From: Defluviitaleaceae bacterium
Lineage (GTDB): Bacteria > Bacillota > Clostridia > Lachnospirales > WRAX01
NCBI GenBank assembly: GCA_009780485.1
Contig: WQZZ01000003.1
Span: 1 to 44,549 of the forward strand
Direction of reading: 5' to 3'
DNA length: 44,549 nucleotides
Below the pieces are notes generated by a model. It was not told the DNA's origin. It was given only the letters and a program-made list of their open reading frames with translations, and made no database searches. Positions 8,652 to 18,055 of this stretch are shown here, in pieces; within the stretch, counting starts at the first letter, position 1, and each line of letters opens with the position of its first letter. The translations under genes were made by a program, and so were the position numbers.

Positions 8652-9355
8652 TATTCTAGTCCCCCTCCTGTTAATTGCACAAATACGCTCTCTAGGTCAA
8701 AACTTTCTTTCTTGGCGTTATAACGCTCACAAATTTCTTTCGGGCATCCCTGCTCTACAATTCTGCCTTTATGAAGCATAACCACACGGTCGCAAAGATG
8801 GGTGGCTTCTTCCATGTTGTGGGTGGTTAAAAATATTGTAGAACCACCCTCCCGCAATTCTCTAATAAGTTTGTGGATACCTCGGGCGGTCATTGGGTCA
8901 AGTGCGCTGGTTGGCTCATCCAAAAACAAAATTTTTGGCTTATGTAACACCGCACGTGCCAGCACCAAACGCTGACGCATACCCTTAGAAAGCTGGTTTA
9001 CCACAGTTTTTGCAGCATCCCCAAGCCCAACCTTTTCCAAAGCTTCCAAAGTGCGTGAACGAGGTATTTTGTAAATATCTTCAAACACAATTAGATTATC
9101 AAGGCAGGACAGGCGGTCAAAAAGCCCATCATTTTCCAGCATTAAACCAATTTGATTACTACCAACTTCCACATGACATTCGCCACTGTCTGCACTTTCT
9201 TGTTTGGTTAAAATGTTGATAATTGTGGTTTTGCCAGCCCCAGAAGGCCCTAACATTCCAAAAATCTCTCCGTTGTGGGTTTCAAAGCTTACACCCTGTA
9301 ATACTTGGTTGCTTCCAAATGCTTTGCATACATTTTTCATGCTTACACTAATCAT
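8651..9355 (-). CDS. ABC-2 type exporter ATP-binding protein
   Basis: GPSGAGKT, LSKGMRQR, LFLDEPT. RBS AAGGAGGA before ATG 9355. Confidence 0.9.
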   Translation of the reverse strand: MISVSMKNVCKAFGSNQVLQGVSFETHNGEIFGMLGPSGAGKTTIINILTKQESADSGECHVEVGSNQIGLMLENDGLFDRLSCLDNLIVFEDIYKIPRSRTLEALEKVGLGDAAKTVVNQLSKGMRQRLVLARAVLHKPKILFLDEPTSALDPMTARGIHKLIRELREGGSTIFLTTHNMEEATHLCDRVVMLHKGRIVEQGCPKEICERYNAKKESFDLESVFVQLTGGGLE

Positions 9356-9356
9356 T

Positions 9357-10130
9357 TTACTCCTCCTTAATATTTGATAAATAAATTTCCATTGATTTTT
9401 CCATAAAGCTTGATGTTGCTGTCCAATTCTTATCATTGGCTTTAACGCCGTTCACTTGCTCGCTTAACTGGGTCATTAAATCCATGTCGCCCCCTGTAAG
9501 CTCCAGCATCATATCCCAAATCCTTTTCGCAAGGTTCTGCGACCTATCGTCATTAGGGTCAATATCCGCCTTAAATAATTCCATTGCCTCATCGCTAAGA
9601 CTGTTAAATACCCCCATCATTTCTTGGGCTTTTTCAATGCTTTTCAGGTGGTTGCCAATCTGCACTATAACGTCGTTGTCAATATGTTTAATCATCCAGT
9701 AATGTTTGTTTTTCATTTGCAAGTTTACAAGGATTGAGGAATACTTCTGAAAATCCACCGTATCCATCTGGGAAACTTCTTCCTTTAAGTTTTCTATGGC
9801 ATCTAGGCTTTCTGATAAAACCGCAATTTCGCCACGAATTTCTGCCGCCTGCTCTGTTAATGCGTTGATGACATCCTTCGGGGTGTCAAGCGAAGGTATT
9901 CGTTCTTTTATTTGACTAAGGGAAAAACCTAATTCCTTCAAAGTTAAAATGCGAATTAGTTTTACCATGTCTTTGTCTGTGTAAAGTCGGAAACCACCTT
10001 CGCTTTCCGCAGATGGGGTCAAAAGCCCCTCTTTGTCGTAGTATTGTAAGGTGCGTACTGTCACCCCTGCCGCTTTAGCCATCTCTCCAACTCTCATATA
10101 CCCCTCGGGTATGGCACGAAATTTATCCAT
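9357..10130 (-). CDS. MerR-family transcriptional regulator (TipA/Mta-like)
   Basis: MRVGEMAKAAGVTVRTLQYYDKEGLL...GFRLY HTH. Confidence 0.92.
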   Translation of the reverse strand: MDKFRAIPEGYMRVGEMAKAAGVTVRTLQYYDKEGLLTPSAESEGGFRLYTDKDMVKLIRILTLKELGFSLSQIKERIPSLDTPKDVINALTEQAAEIRGEIAVLSESLDAIENLKEEVSQMDTVDFQKYSSILVNLQMKNKHYWMIKHIDNDVIVQIGNHLKSIEKAQEMMGVFNSLSDEAMELFKADIDPNDDRSQNLAKRIWDMMLELTGGDMDLMTQLSEQVNGVKANDKNWTATSSFMEKSMEIYLSNIKEE

Positions 10131-10159
10131 TTGCCTCCTCCTCATCTCTTACTAAAATC

Positions 10160-10191
10160 ATTATACACCATTACCCTTACGTCACAGTCAA
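10160..10191 (-). promoter_or_regulatory. MerR-type long-spacer promoter
   Basis: TTGACT-20 bp-TATAAT on the minus strand, upstream of the merR-ABC operon. Confidence 0.7.
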
Positions 10192-10254
10192 GACTTTTTT
10201 GAAAAAAATTTTGAAAAAATTAAAACGTGCTTATCTGTGTGTGTAAAAAAGTGC

Positions 10255-10283
10255 TTGACAGACTGGGGTGGGTGTGATAAACT
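10255..10283 (+). promoter_or_regulatory. sigmaA promoter of the riboswitch-led operon
   Basis: TTGACA-17 bp-TAAACT with TG extension. Confidence 0.7.
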
Positions 10284-10299
10284 GTCGGTAAATAGTATA

Positions 10300-10393
10300 T
10301 TTTCTCCGACCCAAAAAACCTAAGGCGATGTGCTACGGTTTAAGGGCGTGGGTGCGTTTGGAAACGGGCGTGCCTTCCATTTCTGAAAAGGGG
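10300..10393 (+). ncRNA. Moco RNA motif riboswitch, P3-less (Tuco-associated) type
   Basis: CTCCGA..ACCTAAG..CTACGGT (P2), GGTGCGTTTG-GAAA-CGGGCGTGCC (P4, G-U rich, GNRA loop), TTCCATTTCTGAAAAGG (P5/P1). mobB lies downstream. Confidence 0.8.
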
Positions 10394-10422
10394 ATAAGCG
10401 TTTGTTTTTGCGTACCCCTTTT
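10386..10422 (+). terminator. Candidate riboswitch expression-platform hairpin
   Basis: AAAAGGGG...CCCCTTTT hairpin overlapping the 3' strand of P1. Confidence 0.45.
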
Positions 10423-10451
10423 GGTGACGCATTTTTTATTGGGGTGATTTT

Positions 10452-11009
10452 GTGATAAAAGCGAGAAAAAGCTTGTTAGCAGGTTTTACCATACTTGACT
10501 TGGTTGTTATCACGGTTCTTTCTGCCCTTGGTGTGGCGATTAGTGGTGTCGTTGGCACCTTGGTGCGTTTGGTGACGGGACCTTTGATGATACCTGGTGG
10601 CTCGGTGGCTGGTGGCATTTACATGTTGTTCCTTGTAATGGCTGTGGTGTTGACGGGTAAAAAGTCGGCGGCAATTTTGGTTGGATTATTACAATCTGTT
10701 ATGGTTCTTATCATGCCTTGGGCGGGTAACCATGGTATCGCAACTTTACTTACATATACTGCACCTGGGGTAGCGATTTTTCTACTTTTGCTGGTGATGC
10801 GACATAAAGGTTGTTGCAAATTCTGTTGTTTTTTCGCCTGTATGGTTGCGAATTTGACGGGTGTTGTCTTGGTTAGTGGTGTGGTAATGCAATTGCCGTT
10901 AGTTCCTATGTTGTTAGGGTTGACTGTAGGTGCGTTATCTGGTGGTTTGGGTGGTCTGCTTACTTGGTCGCTGGCTAAACAACTTAAAAAGTTAGAGGTG
11001 ATAAAATGA
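10452..11009 (+). CDS. ECF transporter S component
   Basis: 185 aa, about 6 TM, FTILDLVVITVLSALG N-terminus. Co-operonic with A, A' and T genes. Confidence 0.8.
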   Translation: MIKARKSLLAGFTILDLVVITVLSALGVAISGVVGTLVRLVTGPLMIPGGSVAGGIYMLFLVMAVVLTGKKSAAILVGLLQSVMVLIMPWAGNHGIATLLTYTAPGVAIFLLLLVMRHKGCCKFCCFFACMVANLTGVVLVSGVVMQLPLVPMLLGLTVGALSGGLGGLLTWSLAKQLKKLEVIK

Positions 11010-12070
11010 TAAAAAGGTTTATTTTACCTGTTGTGGTGCTGGTTGGGCTAGTCTTAGTTGGGTGTGGCGATACGGATAACGGGGAATACGTAGGTAGCCA
11101 GTACATAGGCAGCCGAGATTTTCCGTCCCCAGAGCAGGTGGGTGTTGTCTGGGATGGTGGCTCAACTATTCTTTTCCAATGGGAAGATACAGTTGAAAGT
11201 TACCTAGAGCAAACCTTTGAAGTGGATAATAGAATAGCTGTTTTACTTGCTTCTGGCGAAATTCATTATACAGAAAATTTTGCAGGGGCAAGACTTGTTG
11301 GTTATGAGGGTAACATAGACTTGGTGTTGGTTGACGGCACAACCTTCCTTAATATAGCTGGTGTTATCGCTGACCCGCCTGACATTGTAATAACACAGGC
11401 TTATAACGATGCCTTGGAGCTTTTACAAGAAGGGCATAGGGTAATGATTGTTGTGCTGGACGGATGGGGCTGGCATATGCGTAAATACCACGCTTTTCAT
11501 CAACCCTTTTTATTTCGCCAGCCAGCTCGAAAGGCACATACGGTTTTCCCACCATTTACACCCGTTGCTATGTCTAGTATTTTTACTGGACAAACCCCAG
11601 ATGTACATGGTGTCCATGACAGAGCAACCCGCACCATGTCAGCCCCAGACATTTTCACGGCTGCATACGATTTAGGTTTTTCGTCTACACGTGTGCAAGG
11701 GGGCGTTAATATTGTGCAAACCAGTGTGTTGTCGGCACTCATCCCAAATTTGGGTCATGTGTTTGACACTGACCAAGGAGTGTTTGATGCGGCAATTGCT
11801 CGCATAGACGACAGCGACTTAATGTTTATCCATTTTAATTCTATTGACGACATCTCCCATACCTATGGACCATATAGCCCCCAAGTGGCGGAAGCCTTGG
11901 CGTTCATAGACAGTTTGGTATGGGATTTGGCGGATGCTTGGGACGGCATGATGATAATTACCGCCGACCACGGTCAGCATTATTTGGGGCAAGAAGGGCG
12001 TTTGGGCGACCATTTATGGGTAAGCCATGAAGACATTTTTGTGCCATATCTCATAATTGATGCCAATTGA
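11006..12070 (+). CDS. Alkaline phosphatase superfamily (pyrophosphatase/phosphodiesterase-like) lipoprotein
   Basis: Lipobox LVGC. Metal and nucleophile motifs VVLDG, PPFTPVAMSSIFTG, IDDISH, TADHG, GDH. Confidence 0.8.
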   Translation: MIKRFILPVVVLVGLVLVGCGDTDNGEYVGSQYIGSRDFPSPEQVGVVWDGGSTILFQWEDTVESYLEQTFEVDNRIAVLLASGEIHYTENFAGARLVGYEGNIDLVLVDGTTFLNIAGVIADPPDIVITQAYNDALELLQEGHRVMIVVLDGWGWHMRKYHAFHQPFLFRQPARKAHTVFPPFTPVAMSSIFTGQTPDVHGVHDRATRTMSAPDIFTAAYDLGFSSTRVQGGVNIVQTSVLSALIPNLGHVFDTDQGVFDAAIARIDDSDLMFIHFNSIDDISHTYGPYSPQVAEALAFIDSLVWDLADAWDGMMIITADHGQHYLGQEGRLGDHLWVSHEDIFVPYLIIDAN

Positions 12071-12121
12071 CCTTGAGTGCAGATTTTGCGCCGTCACGTG
12101 ATGACGAATTAGGAGGCTTTT

Positions 12122-12628
12122 ATGTCAAAAAATACTAAAATAATAATCGGGGTTGTTGCCTTGCTTGTGCCTGTGGTTGTAATTCTTGCCGTGCTAAACT
12201 TCCGTGAAATGGAAGAACGTTTAGCGTACCACGTAGAAGGCAGTTTTCGGGTGATAATGGGCGACCAGTCCATGTCGGTTTCCATTGATGATATGATAGA
12301 CATGGGGCTTGTGGTTTTCGATAGTAGCCACCGCAGAGCAGAAGGGTTATTTACAGGGGTTTATCTGCTGGATATATTAGAATTTACTAGTTTGGATTAT
12401 TATAGTGCCAGTTCCCTACAATTTGTGTCCTTTGATGGTTTTCGTTCATCCATAACCATAGCAGAAGCCACCACCCTAGGCAACGCTTTAATTGTTTTTG
12501 GTGAGGATGGTACATCACTCGCAGACCGTGGTGGTGCATGGGAAAACGCCCCGTTTATGCTCGTTTTGCCAAATGATATGTTTCCGCAACGGTGGGCGAG
12601 ATATATAATTGAAATTATTTTGGAGTGA
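12122..12628 (+). CDS. Membrane-anchored protein with a molybdopterin-binding (sulfite oxidase/MsrP-like) domain
   Basis: N-terminal TM. FTGVYLLDIL, FVSFDGF, APFMLV, RWARYIIEI. Confidence 0.7.
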   Translation: MSKNTKIIIGVVALLVPVVVILAVLNFREMEERLAYHVEGSFRVIMGDQSMSVSIDDMIDMGLVVFDSSHRRAEGLFTGVYLLDILEFTSLDYYSASSLQFVSFDGFRSSITIAEATTLGNALIVFGEDGTSLADRGGAWENAPFMLVLPNDMFPQRWARYIIEIILE

Positions 12629-12633
12629 TTAGT

Positions 12634-13362
12634 ATGAAAAAACTTTTAATCTTTATGCTTTTCCTGCTTTTTGTGGTGGGGCTGACAGCTTGTGGTAACA
12701 GTGAAGACGAGCAAGAGGAGGTTGTTGCAACACTGGGCGAAATTGTACCCCATTATCCTCAACACCTAGGTTCTCCAATTGTGCCATTGGAACCAACACC
12801 GCATGAAACTGAACAACCTAGCACACAAGAAACACTTAACATATTAGAAGAACCCGAAAACGTGCAACCAAATATACCAGACAACCAAGAACCACATGAA
12901 GACGAACCCGACGAACCTGCAAATGAACCTGCAATTGTGCCAGAACCAGAACCTGCCGTCTACCATGATGCGGAAGTCGGATTATTTGTAAATGGACAAT
13001 TCTTAGGTAAAAGCAAGCTTGTTGCCATGGAAGTGGTAGAATTTACCGTGACTATACGTCCAGGAACTGACCGAGAGGATATTCGTCAATACCGTGGCGT
13101 TGCCCTTGCTGACATTCTTGCCTACTTTAACATTGACGAAGGCACATCACTAATATTCCACAGTTATGATGGATTTGCAGCGGGCATTACCATGGCAGAA
13201 GCCCTTGACCGCCAACAGGCCTTCATAGCCATCTGGCAAGATGGGCAATATTTTGCACATCGTGGTGATTATTGGGGGGTCGCCCCTTTCCAGCTAGTTA
13301 TGGCACAAGATATTTTCGCCCAGCGGTTTGCCCGTTATATCACGGAGATTGTTGTACAATGA
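12634..13362 (+). CDS. Lipoprotein with Pro/Glu linker and a molybdopterin-binding-like domain
   Basis: Lipobox LTAC. YRGVALADIL, FHSYDGF, APFQLV, RFARYITEI. Confidence 0.72.
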   Translation: MKKLLIFMLFLLFVVGLTACGNSEDEQEEVVATLGEIVPHYPQHLGSPIVPLEPTPHETEQPSTQETLNILEEPENVQPNIPDNQEPHEDEPDEPANEPAIVPEPEPAVYHDAEVGLFVNGQFLGKSKLVAMEVVEFTVTIRPGTDREDIRQYRGVALADILAYFNIDEGTSLIFHSYDGFAAGITMAEALDRQQAFIAIWQDGQYFAHRGDYWGVAPFQLVMAQDIFAQRFARYITEIVVQ

Positions 13363-14003
13363 CGGCGGTAGAGCTTCGCAACATAAGTGTTGATTATGGC
13401 AAATATCCCGTGGTTACGGACTTCTCCCTAACCGTGACGGCAGGGGAAGCTGTTCTAATAAAAGGGCTTTCGGGATGTGGCAAATCCACATTGTTACACG
13501 TGGTTTGCGGGATAATTCCTAGCATAATCGAAGCCAATGTGACAGGAGAAGCCTTGCTTTTTGGTGAAAATGTGACAAGTTTAGATACCGCCACCCGTGC
13601 AAAGAAAATCGGGATTGTATTTCAAAACCCAGAAACCCAGTTGTTTTGCGATAGCGTGGAAGATGAAATTGCCTTTGGGCTGGAAAACCTTTGTGTTCCA
13701 CGTAAAGAAATTGGCGAACGCATAACAGAAATGCTAAATTTAGTGCAGATGAGTGATTTTCGCCATACTTCACCAAAGGAGCTTAGTGGAGGACAAAAGC
13801 AAAGGGTTGTACTTGCGGCAGTGCTGGCATTAGACCCACAAATACTTTTGCTGGATGAAGCCCTGTCACAAATGGATGCAGAAGCTAAGAAGCTACTGTT
13901 GACCCATCTTAAAGCCTTGCGACAGCAGGGCAAAACCATGTTAATGGTTGACCATGATGATGTACTGGCAGAAATTGCCAGTTCCATTATACAACTATCT
14001 TAG
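13359..14003 (+). CDS. ECF transporter ATPase (A)
   Basis: [29 protein letters not shown] overlap with the upstream gene. Confidence 0.9.
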   Translation: MTAVELRNISVDYGKYPVVTDFSLTVTAGEAVLIKGLSGCGKSTLLHVVCGIIPSIIEANVTGEALLFGENVTSLDTATRAKKIGIVFQNPETQLFCDSVEDEIAFGLENLCVPRKEIGERITEMLNLVQMSDFRHTSPKELSGGQKQRVVLAAVLALDPQILLLDEALSQMDAEAKKLLLTHLKALRQQGKTMLMVDHDDVLAEIASSIIQLS

Positions 14004-14019
14004 AGGAGGAAAAAGGAAA

Positions 14020-16506
14020 ATGAAAAAAGTTAGAAATTTTGCAGCTTTACTACTCGCTTTCGTCATTGCAGTGCCAACAATGGTTTTTGGTTTTGAAAAC
14101 CGCACAGAAACGGACATTCGTCTGTTTATTGAAGGGGCAGAGGTGTCCACGGGTGAGCGAGGCAATGAACCTTTTAACGTGGATGGGCGTGTGTTTCTGC
14201 CAATACGTGCATTAACCACGGCTTTTGCACGTGAAGTCCACTGGGAGCCTACAAGCTCTAACCTACATTTTGGCACACGCTACAACGCCCTAAACCACTA
14301 CAATTTGGTGGTAACAATGGGTGGCTATAGCGAATTTACAGACCTTAATTTTATTGAAACCCTTAGCCCGCAAGCCTTTCAAGTGGATGACCGTGGCAAT
14401 ACCAGAAATTTTGAAGGCGTGCCGTTGTCAACTGTTTTAGATATTTTTACATTTGACATGTCCGATGCTTACGGATTTGCCTTTATTGCCGCTGATGGAA
14501 TGTCCACAATCGCAACCACCGAGGACGTAATGGAGCATGGTTGGCTTGTTATCGGTGAGGAGGGTGAACGCTTTACTAGTCGCTATGCTGGTGGACGTGG
14601 ACCATTTATGGTGGTTTTTGCCGAAGATGGTGTGCCTGGTCGCTGGGCTAGAATGCTTGTAGAAATTCAAGTTATTAACCAACCTGGGGAGTATATTTCT
14701 GAAAGACTAATCCAAGTCCTTGCTGACGGGGTGAATGTTGATTTTGCAGACGGTAATGGTAATTATGCAACCCCGTTTATGTTAGACGGTGTAATTTACC
14801 TGCCTGTTCGTGCATTGTCGGTTGCACTTGGCATGACGGTAAATTGGAATGCTAGTGAAAATGCAATTTATGTGGGTGCTACCCCGCAAACTTTCGATGT
14901 TGCTGAAGGCGGCTATTTGGTCGTGAACGCAGGCGGACACCGTATGGTTGTCACCATGGACGATATTCTAGAAATTGGTGTAGTAGACACTTATGCTGTT
15001 ATCCGTGGCGAACGCAGGGATTACAGTGGTGTTCCAATTATTTCAATCGTGGAATTTTTGGGGTTTGACGTGTCTTATGCAACTGGGCAGGTGACATTTG
15101 GCTCACGTGATGGGCATGGCACATCTGCGACCCCAGCGGAAGCTTTCGACCCGACCAACGGCTTTATCGTAATCGCTGAAAATGGTGAGCTTTTGGGGCA
15201 TTGGGAAGCTGGTGGGCGTGGACCTTTCATGGTAATTTTCGCCCAAGACGTTTTCGCCCAGCGTTTTATACGCTATTTGACCGATATTTCTGTCGAGGGT
15301 GTGCCTTCTCCCGCTGGTGGTGGTGTGGATGACCGCTGGAACAACCACCCATTAAGTATCGTAATTGGCGGTTTGTCCCTTAATCTTACCGCTAGCGTCA
15401 TCTATGCAATTGGTGCAAGTGACTTGGAGTGGAACAATCAGAACTTTGTAGCTGTGCCAATGGCTTCGATTATTGAGCATTTTAGTTTGGGTGAAGTTGC
15501 TGGTGGACGCATTGTTGCTGATAATGGTACGGAACATAACATAACTCCTGAAGACATTGAGAATATGTATATTGCAATATACCAAGCTGGACATGAGCCA
15601 GCAACCGACAATCACTTCACCACCGTGTTTGTCGAAGACACCAACAACCAACGCCGTATGCGTGGGCTTGCCACCATATACATTGACGCAGAAGTACAAG
15701 CCGGCTACCCACTAAATATTGAGATTGCAGGACGCACCTATGGCGTTACCGTAGAATTGTTGCAAGAATTAGGTGCAGAAGCCGTCACAGCACGTGACCG
15801 CAACTGGACAGGCACACCCATGACCGCTATAATCGAGCATTTCGACATCAACCTCGACGGCATTGCTGAGGGTGTAGTAATATCTGGTGGAACTGGCTTT
15901 ACCCAACCTTTCACAATTGAAGAACTGCTAGACGAAACCAATTTCTTCCTTGCATTTGAAGAAGACGGCGTGGCTCTTGAGATACAAGAAGGCACAAACA
16001 GCAACATTATGAGCCTTTTCGCCCATGACGAGCGTGCAACCCGTGGCGTGCGTGGCGTTGTAACCGTTCGCTTAATGGCGGAAGATGCTGGTGCTGATGT
16101 GTCAACCACCGTCGAAGGGCTTGAAGATGGTGAGTTTGTAATTCTTCGTGGTGAAGACACTTGGACAATAACCATGGATGACCTTGTAGAGATTGGCTTG
16201 GAAGATTTTGTAACCAACATTCCTACAGGTGGCGGTTCCACCAGATATTTCACTGGCGTGCGTTTATCCGCCATCCTTGAGAGTCAAAACATCAGACTTG
16301 ATGGGGCAACTAATTTCATAACCACATCTTGGGAAAGCACATTTTCTGCTGGATGGAACATCGCTACTGACCTTGATTATATTTTCATAGCGGTTGCAGA
16401 GGACGGCGAGGTGCTAAGTCCCCACAACGGTCCATTCTTTGGCGTGGTGCAACACCGTGGCTCAAACTTTAACCCAAGAAATTTACAAAGTATCAGAATT
16501 AACTAG
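14020..16506 (+). CDS. Secreted surface protein: two copper-amine-oxidase-N (stalk)-like domains + five molybdopterin-binding-like repeats
   Basis: Signal peptide. DGRVFLPIRAL and DGVIYLPVRAL. Repeats FEGVPL, YSGVPI, FVAVPM, WTGTPM, FTGVRL; the best-conserved repeats carry GPF and R-x-x-R motifs. Confidence 0.75.
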   Translation: MKKVRNFAALLLAFVIAVPTMVFGFENRTETDIRLFIEGAEVSTGERGNEPFNVDGRVFLPIRALTTAFAREVHWEPTSSNLHFGTRYNALNHYNLVVTMGGYSEFTDLNFIETLSPQAFQVDDRGNTRNFEGVPLSTVLDIFTFDMSDAYGFAFIAADGMSTIATTEDVMEHGWLVIGEEGERFTSRYAGGRGPFMVVFAEDGVPGRWARMLVEIQVINQPGEYISERLIQVLADGVNVDFADGNGNYATPFMLDGVIYLPVRALSVALGMTVNWNASENAIYVGATPQTFDVAEGGYLVVNAGGHRMVVTMDDILEIGVVDTYAVIRGERRDYSGVPIISIVEFLGFDVSYATGQVTFGSRDGHGTSATPAEAFDPTNGFIVIAENGELLGHWEAGGRGPFMVIFAQDVFAQRFIRYLTDISVEGVPSPAGGGVDDRWNNHPLSIVIGGLSLNLTASVIYAIGASDLEWNNQNFVAVPMASIIEHFSLGEVAGGRIVADNGTEHNITPEDIENMYIAIYQAGHEPATDNHFTTVFVEDTNNQRRMRGLATIYIDAEVQAGYPLNIEIAGRTYGVTVELLQELGAEAVTARDRNWTGTPMTAIIEHFDINLDGIAEGVVISGGTGFTQPFTIEELLDETNFFLAFEEDGVALEIQEGTNSNIMSLFAHDERATRGVRGVVTVRLMAEDAGADVSTTVEGLEDGEFVILRGEDTWTITMDDLVEIGLEDFVTNIPTGGGSTRYFTGVRLSAILESQNIRLDGATNFITTSWESTFSAGWNIATDLDYIFIAVAEDGEVLSPHNGPFFGVVQHRGSNFNPRNLQSIRIN

Positions 16507-16516
16507 CCCCCAAATG

Positions 16517-16569
16517 GTAGTGGCGGGCATTGTCCGCCCTAATCCTGTCGGCACTAATCTCAGAGGTTG
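16517..16569 (+). repeat. Truncated, degenerate REP doublet
   Basis: GTAGTGGCGGGCATTGTCCGCCC followed by GGCACTAATCTCA, as in the full element. Confidence 0.7.
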
Positions 16570-16587
16570 GCTACTTAGGAAAGACAT

Positions 16588-17253
16588 ATGAGCGAATTTA
16601 TTGTAACAATCAAAAATTTGAACTTCAAATACAAAGACCGCTACCGACAAAGTAGCTTTGAACTGATTGTTGATGACTTTTTGACATGTGGTTGTACAGC
16701 CATCATGGGCGAAAACGGTAGTGGAAAAACCACCCTCGGAAAGCTGGTTGCAGGCATACTGCGACCAGCTTTTGGGTGCGTTTTTTACAATGACACAGAT
16801 ATTGCCGGCTTATCTCTAGCCCAAATTGGGCAACAAGTTGGCTATTTGTTCCAAGAGCCTAGCAGGCAGATTTTCGCTCCTAAGCCTTTGGAGGAGATTG
16901 CCATGCCACTAGAATTGCGTGGAATTCCCAAAAAGGAAGCCCACGAAAAAGCTATGGAAATGCTAGAAAAATTTGAGCTAAGCCATATTATAGACAGTGT
17001 AACATTTACCCTAAGCCGTGGGGAAAAACAACGACTGGCAATCGCCTCCGCTATGGTGATGCAACCAAAATATTTTGTGCTGGACGAGCCTACCACAGGA
17101 CTTGACAAAACCAGACGACAAATCCTAGCTGACACCTTGAAAAAATTGCAAGAGGACGGCATGGGTATTCTGTTAATAAGTCACGACATGGATTTTGTGG
17201 AAATGATGGGGGCTACCATACGACAGATGAAGGGTGGTCGGTTCGTTGAATAA
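16588..17253 (+). CDS. ECF transporter ATPase (A')
   Basis: GENGSGKT, FQEPSRQ, LSRGEKQR, LDEPT. Confidence 0.88.
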   Translation: MSEFIVTIKNLNFKYKDRYRQSSFELIVDDFLTCGCTAIMGENGSGKTTLGKLVAGILRPAFGCVFYNDTDIAGLSLAQIGQQVGYLFQEPSRQIFAPKPLEEIAMPLELRGIPKKEAHEKAMEMLEKFELSHIIDSVTFTLSRGEKQRLAIASAMVMQPKYFVLDEPTTGLDKTRRQILADTLKKLQEDGMGILLISHDMDFVEMMGATIRQMKGGRFVE

Positions 17254-18022
17254 CAAAAAACCCGACCCAAGGGTAATTTTTCTGTTGGTGCTGACTTTTT
17301 CCACTCTGGGTCTGCTAATTCGTGAAGATGTGGTGGCGATGGCAGGACTTCTCGTCCTAATCTTGATTTTCTCTGCAATGCTAGGCGTACAACTTCGTAG
17401 AATTTTCGGACGCATCAAACGACTTTTGCAAATAATGATACTTGTAACTCTTATGCGAAGCTTCTTCGCCCCTGCTGGCATTACACTTTTTGCTATTGCC
17501 GAAGTGCCAATCCTTACCACGGGGGGTATTGCTACGGGGCTTTTGGTGGCAATGCGTCTAATTTTGTTTATCATTGGGGCGGCGATGCTGACTGTGTACC
17601 CCGCCCGTGCCTTGATACAAGCCATGGTGCAAATGAAAATACCTTATGAAATGGCGTATATGGTTAGTATTGGATTGCGTTTTGTCCCGCAGTTTGCACA
17701 GGAACTACAAGACAGTCTAATTGCTTTACAGCTACGTGGGGTGGAAATTAAAAAACTGAAATTACGTAAAAGGTTGGGGTTGTACAGCTATTTGCTTCTG
17801 CCCACCCTTGTTTCTAGCCTGCAACAAGCCAAAGAATTAGCTATGTCTATGGAAATGCGGGGTTTTCGTGCTTTACCAAAGCGAACAAGTTTTTTCACCC
17901 TGACCATTGAAGCCAAGGATTACGTTATGGTGTTTAGCGTTTTAGCGATGGCAATCGCCATCGGCTTCACGATTTTCAACCACGACTTTTTTGAAGCATT
18001 AATGAATACTATCACTCTTTGA
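17234..18022 (+). CDS. ECF transporter T component
   Basis: DPR N-terminus, LRFVP, ALQLRG and MEMRG coupling motifs. Start uncertain. Confidence 0.88.
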   Translation: MVGSLNNKKPDPRVIFLLVLTFSTLGLLIREDVVAMAGLLVLILIFSAMLGVQLRRIFGRIKRLLQIMILVTLMRSFFAPAGITLFAIAEVPILTTGGIATGLLVAMRLILFIIGAAMLTVYPARALIQAMVQMKIPYEMAYMVSIGLRFVPQFAQELQDSLIALQLRGVEIKKLKLRKRLGLYSYLLLPTLVSSLQQAKELAMSMEMRGFRALPKRTSFFTLTIEAKDYVMVFSVLAMAIAIGFTIFNHDFFEALMNTITL

Positions 18023-18055
18023 CACTCATATTTTTTTGAATGATAAAATGGAGGT

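Noticed and set aside
10452-18022. Cobalt/nickel (Cbi/Nik) or simple molybdate ABC transporter
   Set aside because: There is no CbiM/NikM N-terminal MH motif, no B12 riboswitch and no ModA/TupA-like binding protein.
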